A stretch of 64,000 bases of DNA, taken from the NCBI GenBank assembly GCA_963813535.1, contig CAWEZH010000002.1, positions 992,001 through 1,056,000 on the forward strand. Reading direction: 5' to 3'. Below are positions 1-8,437 of the stretch, piece by piece. Under the pieces are notes generated by a model. The model was given only the letters and a program-made list of their open reading frames with translations. It ran no database searches and was not told where the DNA came from. Numbering within the stretch: the first letter of the stretch is position 1; each line of letters opens with the position of its first letter. The DNA comes from an uncultured Chloroflexia bacterium. GTDB taxonomy: Bacteria; Chloroflexota; Limnocylindria; Limnocylindrales; CSP1-4. Both the position numbers and the translations under genes were made by a program.

Positions 1-512
1 ATGTGGTTGGTCTGCTTGTCCTCCCCGCGGTCGGGTCGCAATACCGGGGCGCCCGGCTCGAGGGCCTTGTACGGGTCGGTGACGACGGGCAGCGGCTCGT
101 AGTCGACGAGGACCGCCGCCACCCCGTCGGCCGCGGCATAGCGCGACGTGGCGATGACCGCGGCGACCTCCTGACTCTGGTACATCACGGTGTCGGTCGG
201 GAGCACCATCTGCATGTCGCCGGCAAGGGTCGGCATCCAGTGGAGCTTGTAGCCCTCCAGGTCCTTGCCGGTGATCACCGCCAGCACGCCCGGGACCTTG
301 AGGGCCTCGCTGGAATCGATGCTCTTGATGGTCGCGTGCGCATACGGCGAGCGGGCGATGTCGAGCCAGAGCTGGCCCGGCAGGTTGACGTCGTCGATGT
401 ACTCACCGGCGCCGCGGATGAAGCGCGGATCCTCCTTGCGCTTGACCGAATGACCCATGCCACCGATCTCGGGGCTGGTCCGGAGCTCGCGGGGGGCTTC
501 CTCTGTCGTCAT
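1..512 (-). CDS. coxL: aerobic carbon-monoxide dehydrogenase large subunit, form I-like (5' part; runs off the window)
   Basis: Manual translation from ATG at 512: MTTEEAPRELRTSPEIGGMGHSVKRKEDPRFIRGAGEYIDDVNLPGQLWLDIARSPYAHA...LHWMPTLAGDMQMVLPTDTVMYQSQEVAAV. Typical CoxL N-terminus, directly downstream of coxM and coxS. Confidence 0.9.
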   Translation of the reverse strand, partial: MTTEEAPRELRTSPEIGGMGHSVKRKEDPRFIRGAGEYIDDVNLPGQLWLDIARSPYAHATIKSIDSSEALKVPGVLAVITGKDLEGYKLHWMPTLAGDMQMVLPTDTVMYQSQEVAAVIATSRYAAADGVAAVLVDYEPLPVVTDPYKALEPGAPVLRPDRGEDKQTNH

Positions 513-527
513 CTCGTCACTCCCCGC

Positions 528-1079
528 TCAACCGGCCGCTGCCGGTTCGGCCGACACGTCCTGGCCTTCGGTGGTCTCGGCGGCGACGACCGGCGCCGAC
601 TCCTCGGCACCGAGCTGTCCGGACGCCTGCTGGATCGACTTCACGATGTTCACGTAGCCGGTACAGCGGCACAGGTTGCCGCTGATCCCCTCGCGGATCT
701 CTTCCTCGCTCGGCTTGGGGTTCTCGCCGAGCAGCCAGGCGGCCTGCATGATCATCCCCGGCGTACAGAACCCGCATTGCAGCCCGTGCTGGTCCCAGAA
801 CGCCTGCTGGAGCGGATGGAGATTGGCGCCGTCGGCCATGCCCTCGATGGTCTTGACCTCGCGCCCGTCGGCCTGGATCGCGAGCATCGTGCAGGCCTTG
901 GCGCTCATCCCATCGACGTGAACGGTGCATGCCCCGCAGTTGCTCGTGTCGCAACCGATGTGGGTGCCGGTGAGCCCGAACGTATCCCGCAGGAGATGGA
1001 CGAGGAGGAAGCGAGGCTCGACGTCGGCCTCGTGGGCCTCGCCGTTGACCGTGACGGTGATGTGCTGTGTCGTCGTCAT
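528..1079 (-). CDS. coxS: CO dehydrogenase small subunit, (2Fe-2S)-binding
   Basis: [21 protein letters not shown] and GNLCRCTGY motifs. Confidence 0.95.
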   Translation of the reverse strand: MTTTQHITVTVNGEAHEADVEPRFLLVHLLRDTFGLTGTHIGCDTSNCGACTVHVDGMSAKACTMLAIQADGREVKTIEGMADGANLHPLQQAFWDQHGLQCGFCTPGMIMQAAWLLGENPKPSEEEIREGISGNLCRCTGYVNIVKSIQQASGQLGAEESAPVVAAETTEGQDVSAEPAAAG

Positions 1080-1091
1080 GTCGTCGGTCCC

Positions 1092-1967
1092 CTACTCGTA
1101 CGCGAGCGCGCGCTGGACGGCTGACCGCACCGAGCGGACCGTCATCTCGGCGGCGAGGGCCCGCTTGTACTCGACCGGGCCCCGGATGTCCGCGGCAGGA
1201 CGGGCCTGCTGCGCCGCAGCCTGGCCAGCCGCCCGGAACAACTCCTCGGACGGGCGCTGGCCCGTCAGCACGGCTTCGGCGTCGGTCGCCGCGAACGGCG
1301 AATCGGCGACGCCGGTCACGCCGACGCCCGCGCCCTCGATCGAGCCGTCCTCGCCGAGACGGACGCCGGCAGCGACGCCACACGTCGCGAAGTCGCCGAC
1401 CCGGCGCTCGAACTTGGTGTACGCCCCGCCGGCTCGCTTCCAGCGGCGCGGGAAACGGATCTCGGTCAGGACCTCGGTGGGCTCGATGGCGGTCGAGAAC
1501 GTGTCGAGGAAGAAGTCGCGGGCACCGATCTCGCGATGACCACCCGCACTCTTGCACACGAGAGTGGCACTCACCGCCAGCAGCAGCGCTGGCCAGTCGC
1601 TGGCCGGGTCGGCGTGGGCCACGGATCCGCCGATCGTGCCCCAGTTGCGGACCTGCGGGTCGCCGATGCCGCCCGACAGGTCGACGATGCCCGGGTAGTG
1701 ATCCTGGACGATCGGGTCGTCGTGGATCTGCCGATGCGTGGCTCGTGCGCCGATGACCAGGTGGTCGTCGGTCTCGACGATGCCGTCGAGCCCGGTGAGG
1801 TCACGCATGTCGACGAGAAGCGACGGCTGGGCGAGTCGGAGCTTGATGAGCGGGATCAGGCTGTAGCCACCCGACAGCAGCTTCGCCTCGCCTTCCCTGT
1901 CCCGCAGGATCGTCAACGTCTGGTCCAGGTCGCCGGGACGCACATAGTCGAACTGGCCGGGGATCAT
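1092..1967 (-). CDS. coxM: CO dehydrogenase medium subunit (FAD-binding)
   Basis: MIPGQFDYVRP..., KLLSGGYSLIPLIKLRLAQP, IGDPQVRNWGTIGGSVAHADPASD; RBS GGAGGAGG upstream. Confidence 0.95.
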   Translation of the reverse strand: MIPGQFDYVRPGDLDQTLTILRDREGEAKLLSGGYSLIPLIKLRLAQPSLLVDMRDLTGLDGIVETDDHLVIGARATHRQIHDDPIVQDHYPGIVDLSGGIGDPQVRNWGTIGGSVAHADPASDWPALLLAVSATLVCKSAGGHREIGARDFFLDTFSTAIEPTEVLTEIRFPRRWKRAGGAYTKFERRVGDFATCGVAAGVRLGEDGSIEGAGVGVTGVADSPFAATDAEAVLTGQRPSEELFRAAGQAAAQQARPAADIRGPVEYKRALAAEMTVRSVRSAVQRALAYE

Positions 1968-2116
1968 CGCGCTGCCTGCCTCCTCCCGCTCGACGGCGGG
2001 GCATGGGGCCTGCCCGTGTCCGGCGCGGACCGGCCGAGAGCGTGTCCGATGACGGTGGCGCGGGGCACCGAGTCGCTTCCTCCGACTCGGTGCCGATGTG
2101 GCGGGTTGGTTCGGCG

Positions 2117-2146
2117 AGTATCCGCCTCGGGTCGTTGGCGCGTCAA
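2117..2146 (-). promoter_or_regulatory. putative sigma70-type promoter for coxMSL (TTGACG-N18-GATACT)
   Basis: Minus strand reads TTGACG (2146-2141), an 18-nt spacer, then GATACT (2122-2117), about 150 nt upstream of the coxM start. Confidence 0.5.
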
Positions 2147-2227
2147 CGTTCTGGGAGTCGTTGCGGCGGTGCCGGGGGTCGCCGCCGGCCGGTCGGGTTC
2201 GTGCCAGCTCCTGGTTCCGGCCCCCGC

Positions 2228-2580
2228 CGGTCCTTGGAACATGACGTGTTACGTCCGACCGGCGAAGGCTCGTTCACGGCCGGTTCAGCGGTCGTTTGTA
2301 ACGTCACGTGTTACGGATGACCGAAAAAGGCCTGTTTCGCGGGGTCGCGGCCGCGCCCGGCGGTCGCTCGTAACACGTGATGTTCCAGATGCGGCTGAGC
2401 AAGGCCCGTCGGCCCGTGGAACATCACGATGTTCCGACCGACCGGCGGGGCAGCCTGCCTGTGCCTCTCATCCGACGTTTGGAACGTCGGGGCGTTCCAA
2501 ACGACCGAGGAGGGCCCAGATCCGGCCCTCCTCGTGATTTCGGCGGTCACTTGGAACATCGGGATGTTCCAGATGCGATC
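2228..2580. repeat. six degenerate palindromes G(G/T)AAC-N7/8-GTT(C/A)C organised as a diverged tandem duplication of a ~183-bp unit
   Basis: Cores start at 2236, 2298, 2370, 2418, 2481 and 2553 (spacings 62, 72, 48, 63, 72). GATGTTCCAGATGCG is identical at 2379-2393 and 2563-2577. Confidence 0.85.
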
Positions 2581-2584
2581 AGCC

Positions 2585-3330
2585 CTAGGCGACCGTCATC
2601 GACGCACCCGTCTCGAGGGCCGTCTTCAGCCCGGACACGATGTACACGACGCCACCGCTGAACTCGCTCTCGGTCTTCGATCCCGGCGTCAGCGCCGAGG
2701 TCACGACCAGCTTGGTGGGAGCGCCGTCGCCCTCCCCGGGCTCGATCGCCCAGGTCATGCGGATCGGACCCTCGGCTTCGATGTCGGGCGCCCAGCGGGC
2801 GTGGAAAGACATCACGACCCGACGCCCGGGCTCGATCTCCAGGACGGAGCCGTCGGCGGCGATGCTGCCGTCGGGAGAGACGTACGTGATCGGTGCCCCG
2901 ACCTCCCAGGTCGAGGAGACGCGGGTGCCGAAGTAGTAGCGGACGATCTCGTCGCCGTCGGTGATGGCGCGCCAGACGCTCTCCGGGGGCGCCTTGATGT
3001 AGACGGAATAGACGTGATCGACCGTGGTCATCGGGGCCTCCAGGTGGCGTTTGAGTGCGGTCATCGGTCCTACGACCGATTCCGCGAACTTGCTGGTCCA
3101 TCGATCGTGGACGAGGCGGATCGGCACGGGGTCGAGGTAGTGGCGCTTCTCCCGGCCGACGCGTCGGGTCGAGATGAGGCCGGCTCCCTCCAGGACACCG
3201 AGGTGCATCATGACCCCGAAGCGGGTCATCCCGGGCAACGCCTCGCACAGCTCGCCGAGCGTCTGGCCATCGCGCTCGAAGAGCCGATCGAGAAGGACCC
3301 GCCGACTCGCGTCGCCGACGCCGACGGCCC
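2585..3330 (-). pseudogene. ArsR/SmtB HTH regulator fused to an SRPBCC (AHSA1) domain, apparently 5'-truncated
   Basis: DASRRVLLDRLFERDGQTLGELCEALPGMTRFGVMMHLGVLEGAGLISTRRVGREKRHYL (ArsR) followed by VYSVYIKAPPESVWRAITD (SRPBCC). The expected N-terminal 'MD.VF.AL' helix is missing; transposase-like sequence on the opposite strand lies there instead. Confidence 0.75.
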
Positions 3331-3695
3331 AGCGCGACGCCCGGCTGCGAGCCTGGCTGGCCAAGTGGGACACCCGCGTCGCGACGCAACTCAGCCGTCA
3401 CGCGTACCGGACCGTGACCAAGACAACGGGTGGGATTGAGACGGCGCTCAAGGTGCTCGAGCGGAAGATCCACCACCGCCGGCACATGTTCGCGAACCGC
3501 GCTCGGACCAATCTGATGCTGAAGTTGATGACCCTCGAGGCGCGTGGCGCCTTCGACGAGCGCGGCTGGTCAGCGACGGTCCGGACCTGGCTCGTCCCGC
3601 GGGGCGGGCGACCGCCGATCCCGCGTCAGATCACCGACCACGTCGGCGGGCCACGGAAGAGGAGTTCCCTGCGCCAGGGTGGGGCGTCCAAGTAG
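3330..3695 (+). mobile_element. transposase-like C-terminal fragment
   Basis: ..TKTTGGIETALKVLERKIHHRRHMFANRARTNLMLKLM.. resembles the post-catalytic (T-x-x-x-E) helix region of DDE transposases. No start codon of its own; abuts the truncated ArsR gene. Confidence 0.5.
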
Positions 3696-3709
3696 GTCAG
3701 CGCCCAGTC

Positions 3710-4405
3710 CTACCAGTCGAGTTTCAGGGTGCCGGCGCGCCACTCGTTCAGGATCCACTTGGCATCGAAGGATCCGGTCGCCTCCATCTCCTCCAGCAAC
3801 CGGACAGCCTCGTCAGGGTGCGATGGCAGCGAGTGGGTGACGGCCGCCTCACGAACCGCGGGATGGTCGTGACTCCGAAGTTCCCAGAGCCCGTCGCGAC
3901 CCTCGTCCGAGAGCCGCAGGTGCATGTAGAGGTCGTGGTTGCGATCGAACAGGCGGTTCGCTCGTGCGACCTTCGAAGACTTCATTGCAGAGTCGCGCTC
4001 CAAGGCGGTCGTCGTGTACTCAGCCAGCATGTCTGGGACGCTCCGAGGAAGGCGCGGCGGCTGTTCGCGGGGAGCCGCGTGCTTCGCGATCTTGTCGCCG
4101 AGCAGGGCGTCAGGTACCGAGTCGGTGTAGCGACTGCCCAGGTCTTCGAGAGCGGCCGCGGCCTCGTCCGACATCCCATCGACCATCGCCCGTCGAGTGT
4201 CTGGGTCCGCTTCAGCGGAGCCTGGGATGAGGTCGATGCCAGCCCTGATGAGGTTGGCCGCGGCGTCGAGATCAAGGAGAACGAACGCGGCTACGACCTC
4301 ATCCAAGCGAGAAGGCGCCGTCTCGAACGAATTGAGGAAGCCACCGTTCATCGTGAGGCCGTGGAACTGGATGGCGACCTCCGCCAACTCCTCTCGTCGA
4401 TCCAC
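3710..4405 (-). CDS. two-domain immunity-like protein (DMP19/DUF4375-like N-terminus + DUF2019-like C-terminus)
   Basis: N-terminal F.GL.MNGGF..SFE motif; C-terminal ANRLFD...L..L..HDHPAVR..A..H.L...P..A...LE......A...L.EW..G.L pattern. Confidence 0.55.
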   Translation of the reverse strand: MDRREELAEVAIQFHGLTMNGGFLNSFETAPSRLDEVVAAFVLLDLDAAANLIRAGIDLIPGSAEADPDTRRAMVDGMSDEAAAALEDLGSRYTDSVPDALLGDKIAKHAAPREQPPRLPRSVPDMLAEYTTTALERDSAMKSSKVARANRLFDRNHDLYMHLRLSDEGRDGLWELRSHDHPAVREAAVTHSLPSHPDEAVRLLEEMEATGSFDAKWILNEWRAGTLKLDW

Positions 4406-4664
4406 GATCCAACGATAGTGACGACGGACCGACCATGAGTTCGCCGATCTCGCTCGTTCCTACGCTCAGCGACGCCGACAGCGAAGTCGAGCTGACCGCT
4501 TGGGATTGCCGAGTCCGAGTTCGTTGCGGTGAGATCTCCTGTGTGGCCGAGACGGAATTGGGGGGTGCCACAGGCCTGCCGAGTTGCACTTCGCTGAGAC
4601 TTGCACCCCTGCGGCGGGGAACCAGAGACGCAGCCGCGCCAGCGTCCTAGGCATCCGGTAGCCC

Positions 4665-5474
4665 TCAGGGCCGCGCAACGAGGATGTGCGTGCGCATCGG
4701 ATATTCGAGCCGGCCGTTTCTGACATAGGGCTCGAGCGCGGCGCTCACGTCGCTGGCGAAGACGGATCGCCCCGCCTCGGGCAGGCGCGCGACCGCATGG
4801 CGCGTGGAAGGCGACCCGATCGTCATGCCGTCGAGAAAAGTGCTTATCGACTCGAAGCGCGACGTGCCGTCTTCGGTCTGGAGGGCGATCTGCCTGAACC
4901 CGGCGAGCACGGCCGCCGCGCGTATCTCTTCGGGGTCGGCAAAAGAACACGCGCGCTTAGCCGCAGTGGCATCGACACCCTGCCGCTCCAGTGCGGCTAC
5001 AACGGCGCGATGCCCCGCGTTTGCTTCGAGCGGTCCCCAGATGCTCGCGACGAGGCGACCCGTCGGTTTGAGAACGCGCCGCAGCTCCGCGAGACCCGCG
5101 GTGCGGTCGGGCAGGAACTGCAGACCCTGCAGGCACAGGCACAGGTCGAACGACGCCACGTCGAAGGGCATGGAGAGCGCGCTCGCACAGTGCCATTGGA
5201 TCGGCACGGCGCAGCGCCCGGCGGATTTGCGCGCAACTTCGATCATCCCTTGATCGATGTCGAGCCCCGCAATCCTGCCCGTGCCGCCAGATATTTCTGC
5301 GACGAGCCGCGCACCGATCCCGGTGCCGCATGCGACGTCGAGGACGTTCTCGTCGGGCTGCGGCGCGGCGATCCGCACAAGCATCTCCGCCCAATGGAGA
5401 AACATGCCGGGCACCATGTATTTCTCATAGGCTTCGGCCGCTGTCGTAGCGACGGATTGATCCGGTGTGGACAT
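4665..5474 (-). CDS. class I SAM-dependent methyltransferase (UbiE/COQ5-like)
   Basis: VLDVACGTGIGAR, GLDIDQGMI, SFDLCLCLQGLQFLPDR, RRVLKPTGRL motifs. Confidence 0.92.
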   Translation of the reverse strand: MSTPDQSVATTAAEAYEKYMVPGMFLHWAEMLVRIAAPQPDENVLDVACGTGIGARLVAEISGGTGRIAGLDIDQGMIEVARKSAGRCAVPIQWHCASALSMPFDVASFDLCLCLQGLQFLPDRTAGLAELRRVLKPTGRLVASIWGPLEANAGHRAVVAALERQGVDATAAKRACSFADPEEIRAAAVLAGFRQIALQTEDGTSRFESISTFLDGMTIGSPSTRHAVARLPEAGRSVFASDVSAALEPYVRNGRLEYPMRTHILVARP

Positions 5475-5708
5475 GGTCTACTCCCGCATCGCGCGCACGC
5501 GGTTCGCTGCCGGCCGCGCCCAGCATTGCGTAAGCCACGTCTGCAGATTAGTCCTTTCGAGAGATCGAGGAACAGATAGCCGCTCGCGCTCTTGCCAGAA
5601 CGACGCATTTGGTCGAACCTCGGTCTCAACCGAAAGCGGTCAAGGCATTGCGTCCGGCCGCTCGTATCAACGTCTCCCTACCACGTCTATTTGGTCACAT
5701 GTCAAACG

Positions 5709-5769
5709 GGTGGTATCCGGATGTGCGTTACTGGTGGTCCTGCCTCTGCGCTATACGCGTTGGGCGTTG
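5709..5769. repeat. copy A of a short repeat family (TGTGCGTTACTGGTGGTCC), inverted partner of 6605-6623
   Basis: 5722-5740 is the reverse complement of 6605-6623 at 18/19 nt. Confidence 0.6.
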
Positions 5770-5777
5770 CCGCTCGA

Positions 5778-6206
5778 TCAGGGCGCGTCTCCGGAGTCCA
5801 GGTCCGTAGGCCAGGGAACAGCGTCACACACCACGAACGCGCCGTCAGCATTCAGGGCGGGGCTGTTGGGGTCACCATCCGAAAGCACGATGACGCGCGT
5901 TCCGGTGCTAATGCGAACAGTGCCTGTGCCGTCCAGGACCTCGAAGTGCCCGCCGTCCGTCGCCCGGATCTCCCAGCCGTCGGGCACGTCGAGCGGCACG
6001 GGGTCGGAGGGAAGGTTGTGCTGGATGCTCCTGAAGACCGGCCGCCCGTTTTCGGCAATGAGGTCACCGTGGAACTGTTCGAGCGAGCAAGCAACGTCAT
6101 TCGGAGCGTCAGCCGCCGTCCGCGACCACGCGACGAGCGAGAGTGACAGGACGAGGCCCACGGAAGTGGCAACGACCGCGCGGCGGGACGCCGTGAACGT
6201 GTGCAC
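5778..6206 (-). CDS. hypothetical exported protein
   Basis: GTG start, RR plus hydrophobic signal (SRRAVVATSVGLVLSLSLVAW), two Cys and a beta-rich body. Confidence 0.6.
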   Translation of the reverse strand: MHTFTASRRAVVATSVGLVLSLSLVAWSRTAADAPNDVACSLEQFHGDLIAENGRPVFRSIQHNLPSDPVPLDVPDGWEIRATDGGHFEVLDGTGTVRISTGTRVIVLSDGDPNSPALNADGAFVVCDAVPWPTDLDSGDAP

Positions 6207-6434
6207 GCCGCGATCATCCCCCAGCGTCGGCCGCGTCAATAGTCCTCTCGGCACGACTGGAATGGCCGCCACTACCTCGACCAACGCCCATAACGCACAG
6301 GTGGTCCTGTGCCTCTTGACGTGCGGCCCTCTCCGCCGAACGTGATCCCAAGTTCTCCTCGCCAGTCGGGTTCGCGACGACCCGCCATCCCGGCGTGCGT
6401 GCGTCCATGCGTAGGAGATGCGTCGTGACTGACG

Positions 6435-6617
6435 TTGACCCAAGAGACCGAGATTCCCGGTCTGTGCCTATGCGGGTTTGTGCCCGACCTTTACTCCTGC
6501 CCGGGCGGCTGTGCAGCCTGTAACGCCAGCCAGCGGTGCTCGTCAGAGTGGCTCGAGTGGGCATGGGTCGAAACCCAACCGTCCGGGCCGCCACGCGTTG
6601 CTCGGGACCACGAGTAA
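6435..6617 (+). CDS. small Cys-rich hypothetical protein
   Basis: CLCGFVPDLYSCPGGCAACNASQRC (6 Cys in 25 aa); AGGAG at about 6413. Confidence 0.3.
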   Translation: MTQETEIPGLCLCGFVPDLYSCPGGCAACNASQRCSSEWLEWAWVETQPSGPPRVARDHE

Positions 6618-6633
6618 CGCACAGTGGTATCCG
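6605..6633. repeat. copy C of the short repeat family (GGACCACGAGTAACGCACA-GTGGTATCCG)
   Basis: Inverted match to 5722-5740; GTGGTATCCG also occurs at 5710-5719. Confidence 0.6.
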
Positions 6634-6666
6634 TGTGGGCGGTGACGCCCAGCCCCATGCGGTCGG

Positions 6667-6954
6667 CTACCTGGTGGCAGCGTCCGTCCGAAAACACTCC
6701 GTGATCGTTCCCTGGGCCGGGTCGGCGGGCTGGGCGAACATGTCCGTCTCCCTCGGGCAGTCCTCAGGTCTCGGCGCGATGGCGATGACCTTGTGCGTGT
6801 GCGCCTCGCCGCAGGCGACAGGGGTCGTGCCCTGGTCGCCTTGCACGACACACGTGCCTACGGCCAGCAGATCGCGCTGGGCGACGCGCTCGCAACCGCC
6901 GAGCAGAAGCGCAAGTGCAGCGACTCCAGCGAGAGCCCACCGCCGATGGCCCAC
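6667..6954 (-). CDS. small lipoprotein (LppU/SCO3897-like Cys-containing)
   Basis: GTG with GAGGGG RBS; lipobox LLLGGC; VGTCV..., VACGEAHTHKV, CP, C pattern. Confidence 0.7.
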   Translation of the reverse strand: MGHRRWALAGVAALALLLGGCERVAQRDLLAVGTCVVQGDQGTTPVACGEAHTHKVIAIAPRPEDCPRETDMFAQPADPAQGTITECFRTDAATR

Positions 6955-7071
6955 GTTCCCCCTCGACTCTGCTATCTGACACGGGCCAGCCACCGCTCGA
7001 CCCGACCCTCCGACGATCACGCCGAGGAACCCGTGATGTTGGCGGCCCGCGAAATCTCGGACAATCCCGTG

Positions 7072-7569
7072 ATGGAGTCCGAGACGAGTGTGGCGCGCGC
7101 CACCAAACTCGAGGCCGACCTTCACGCCGCCGCCTCGGCGCTGATCGCGGTGGTCGAGCGGATCGAACCCGAGCGCTGGACGCACGTCCCGAGCCCCTCC
7201 GTGTGGTCGGTCGGCAAGGATGCGGAGCACGTGGCGGAGGCCGCCGTGTATCACCAATGGATCGTCCGCCTCACGATCGGTCAGAAGGTGTCGAGGCGCC
7301 GGCCAGTCATCGAGCGGCAAGAACTCACGACGATCATGACCATGGAGCAGGCGGTTGATCTCATTCGCCAGCGCACCGATGAGGGAGCGGCGCTCATTTC
7401 GAGCCTGAGCGACGAGCAGCTGGCCATGCCGACGCGGCCCCCACGGGCCCGGGGGCAGTTGCTCGCCGACACGATCCAGCTCGTCTTGATCGGCCACTAC
7501 GACGCGCATCGCCGCGACATCGAACGAAAGCTCCGCGATGGCGGGCCGGCCTCCCTCGTACCGCGCTAG
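7072..7569 (+). CDS. DinB/YfiT-like metal-dependent protein
   Basis: WSVGKDAEHVAE and C-terminal GHYDAHRRDI His motifs. Confidence 0.85.
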   Translation: MESETSVARATKLEADLHAAASALIAVVERIEPERWTHVPSPSVWSVGKDAEHVAEAAVYHQWIVRLTIGQKVSRRRPVIERQELTTIMTMEQAVDLIRQRTDEGAALISSLSDEQLAMPTRPPRARGQLLADTIQLVLIGHYDAHRRDIERKLRDGGPASLVPR

Positions 7570-7626
7570 AAGCCGCGTACCAGGTTCAGTACCTGCTCCG
7601 CGGCCGTGAAGCTGCGGCACGGACGG

Positions 7627-8352
7627 CTATTCCGGCAGCGCGATGGCCGCCAGGTCCTCGAGGCTGACCAGCGTGTCGGCCAACCTGTTGCGCTCAGCGT
7701 CGGATAGCGGGATCGCGAGGGCCCGGGCGATCGCGCCGGCTGCGGCAGCGTGATCATCGCCCCTCAGCGCGAGCTCCGCTCGGTACGCCAGCGCCTCGAC
7801 CAGCTCGATCGCGGATGCAGTGTCCTGATCCCGTTCGAGCGCACCGTCGAGGATCTGCGCCGCCCGAACGTCGTAGCCGTGCGAATCCCCCATCACGACG
7901 GCGTTCTGCAGGATCGCGCCCAACCTGCCGGTGGCCGGCTCGTCTTCCTGTTCGAGCTCGGCCGTGGCGGCGTTGATCCTGATCCAGTTGCCACCGGGAT
8001 CGATCACGGCGAACCCGGAAAGGTTGTCGGCGTTCTTGCGCTTGCGCGCGCGAGTCATCCGGGGGATGCCGGAGACGAGGAGCTTGCCATGGGCAGCGCG
8101 CATCGCGGCGGCGAATGCCCGGTACAGCTCGCCGGTGTCGGGCACGATCACCAGGCAGGTCCCGTAGGAGTCCTCGGGCTTGAAGTCCGGCATCTCGAAG
8201 AAGTGCAGGTTGATGTCGTCGCGTTTCAGCGCCACGTACGGGTTCGGGAGGGTCTGGCGGTAGGTCTGGGTGAAGCCGAGCATCGTGTAGAACTCGACGA
8301 TCTCTTCGATCGACCGGCAGGGAAGAAGCGGCACGGTGACTTCGTTGGCCAT
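7627..8352 (-). CDS. VOC/bleomycin-resistance family protein with helical C-terminal extension
   Basis: TVPLLPCRSIEEIVEFYTMLGF, LHFF, FAVIDPGGNWIRI. Confidence 0.85.
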   Translation of the reverse strand: MANEVTVPLLPCRSIEEIVEFYTMLGFTQTYRQTLPNPYVALKRDDINLHFFEMPDFKPEDSYGTCLVIVPDTGELYRAFAAAMRAAHGKLLVSGIPRMTRARKRKNADNLSGFAVIDPGGNWIRINAATAELEQEDEPATGRLGAILQNAVVMGDSHGYDVRAAQILDGALERDQDTASAIELVEALAYRAELALRGDDHAAAAGAIARALAIPLSDAERNRLADTLVSLEDLAAIALPE

Positions 8353-8437
8353 GAGCGTCTCCGTTCCATGGCGAGGGGCGGGCGGGAAGGGTAGCCGAGT
8401 CCGACCGATCCGGATGGCATCCGCGATGATGGCGGCC

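Noticed and set aside
3-1124. Long + strand ORF of 373 aa, and similar long ORFs at 17043-19037, 28141-30720, 40697-43732 and 49517-51583
   Set aside because: Antisense shadows of real genes, typical of high-GC DNA; they have no motifs of their own.
2064-2094. GGCACCGAGTCG matches the start of the SpCas9 tracrRNA 3' hairpin
   Set aside because: Short GC-rich coincidence; no anti-repeat, Cas9 gene or array.
2228-2580. CRISPR array or LexA boxes
   Set aside because: The repeats are degenerate, in mixed orientation with irregular spacing, and no cas genes are present. The GAAC/GTTC spacing is 7-8 rather than 4.
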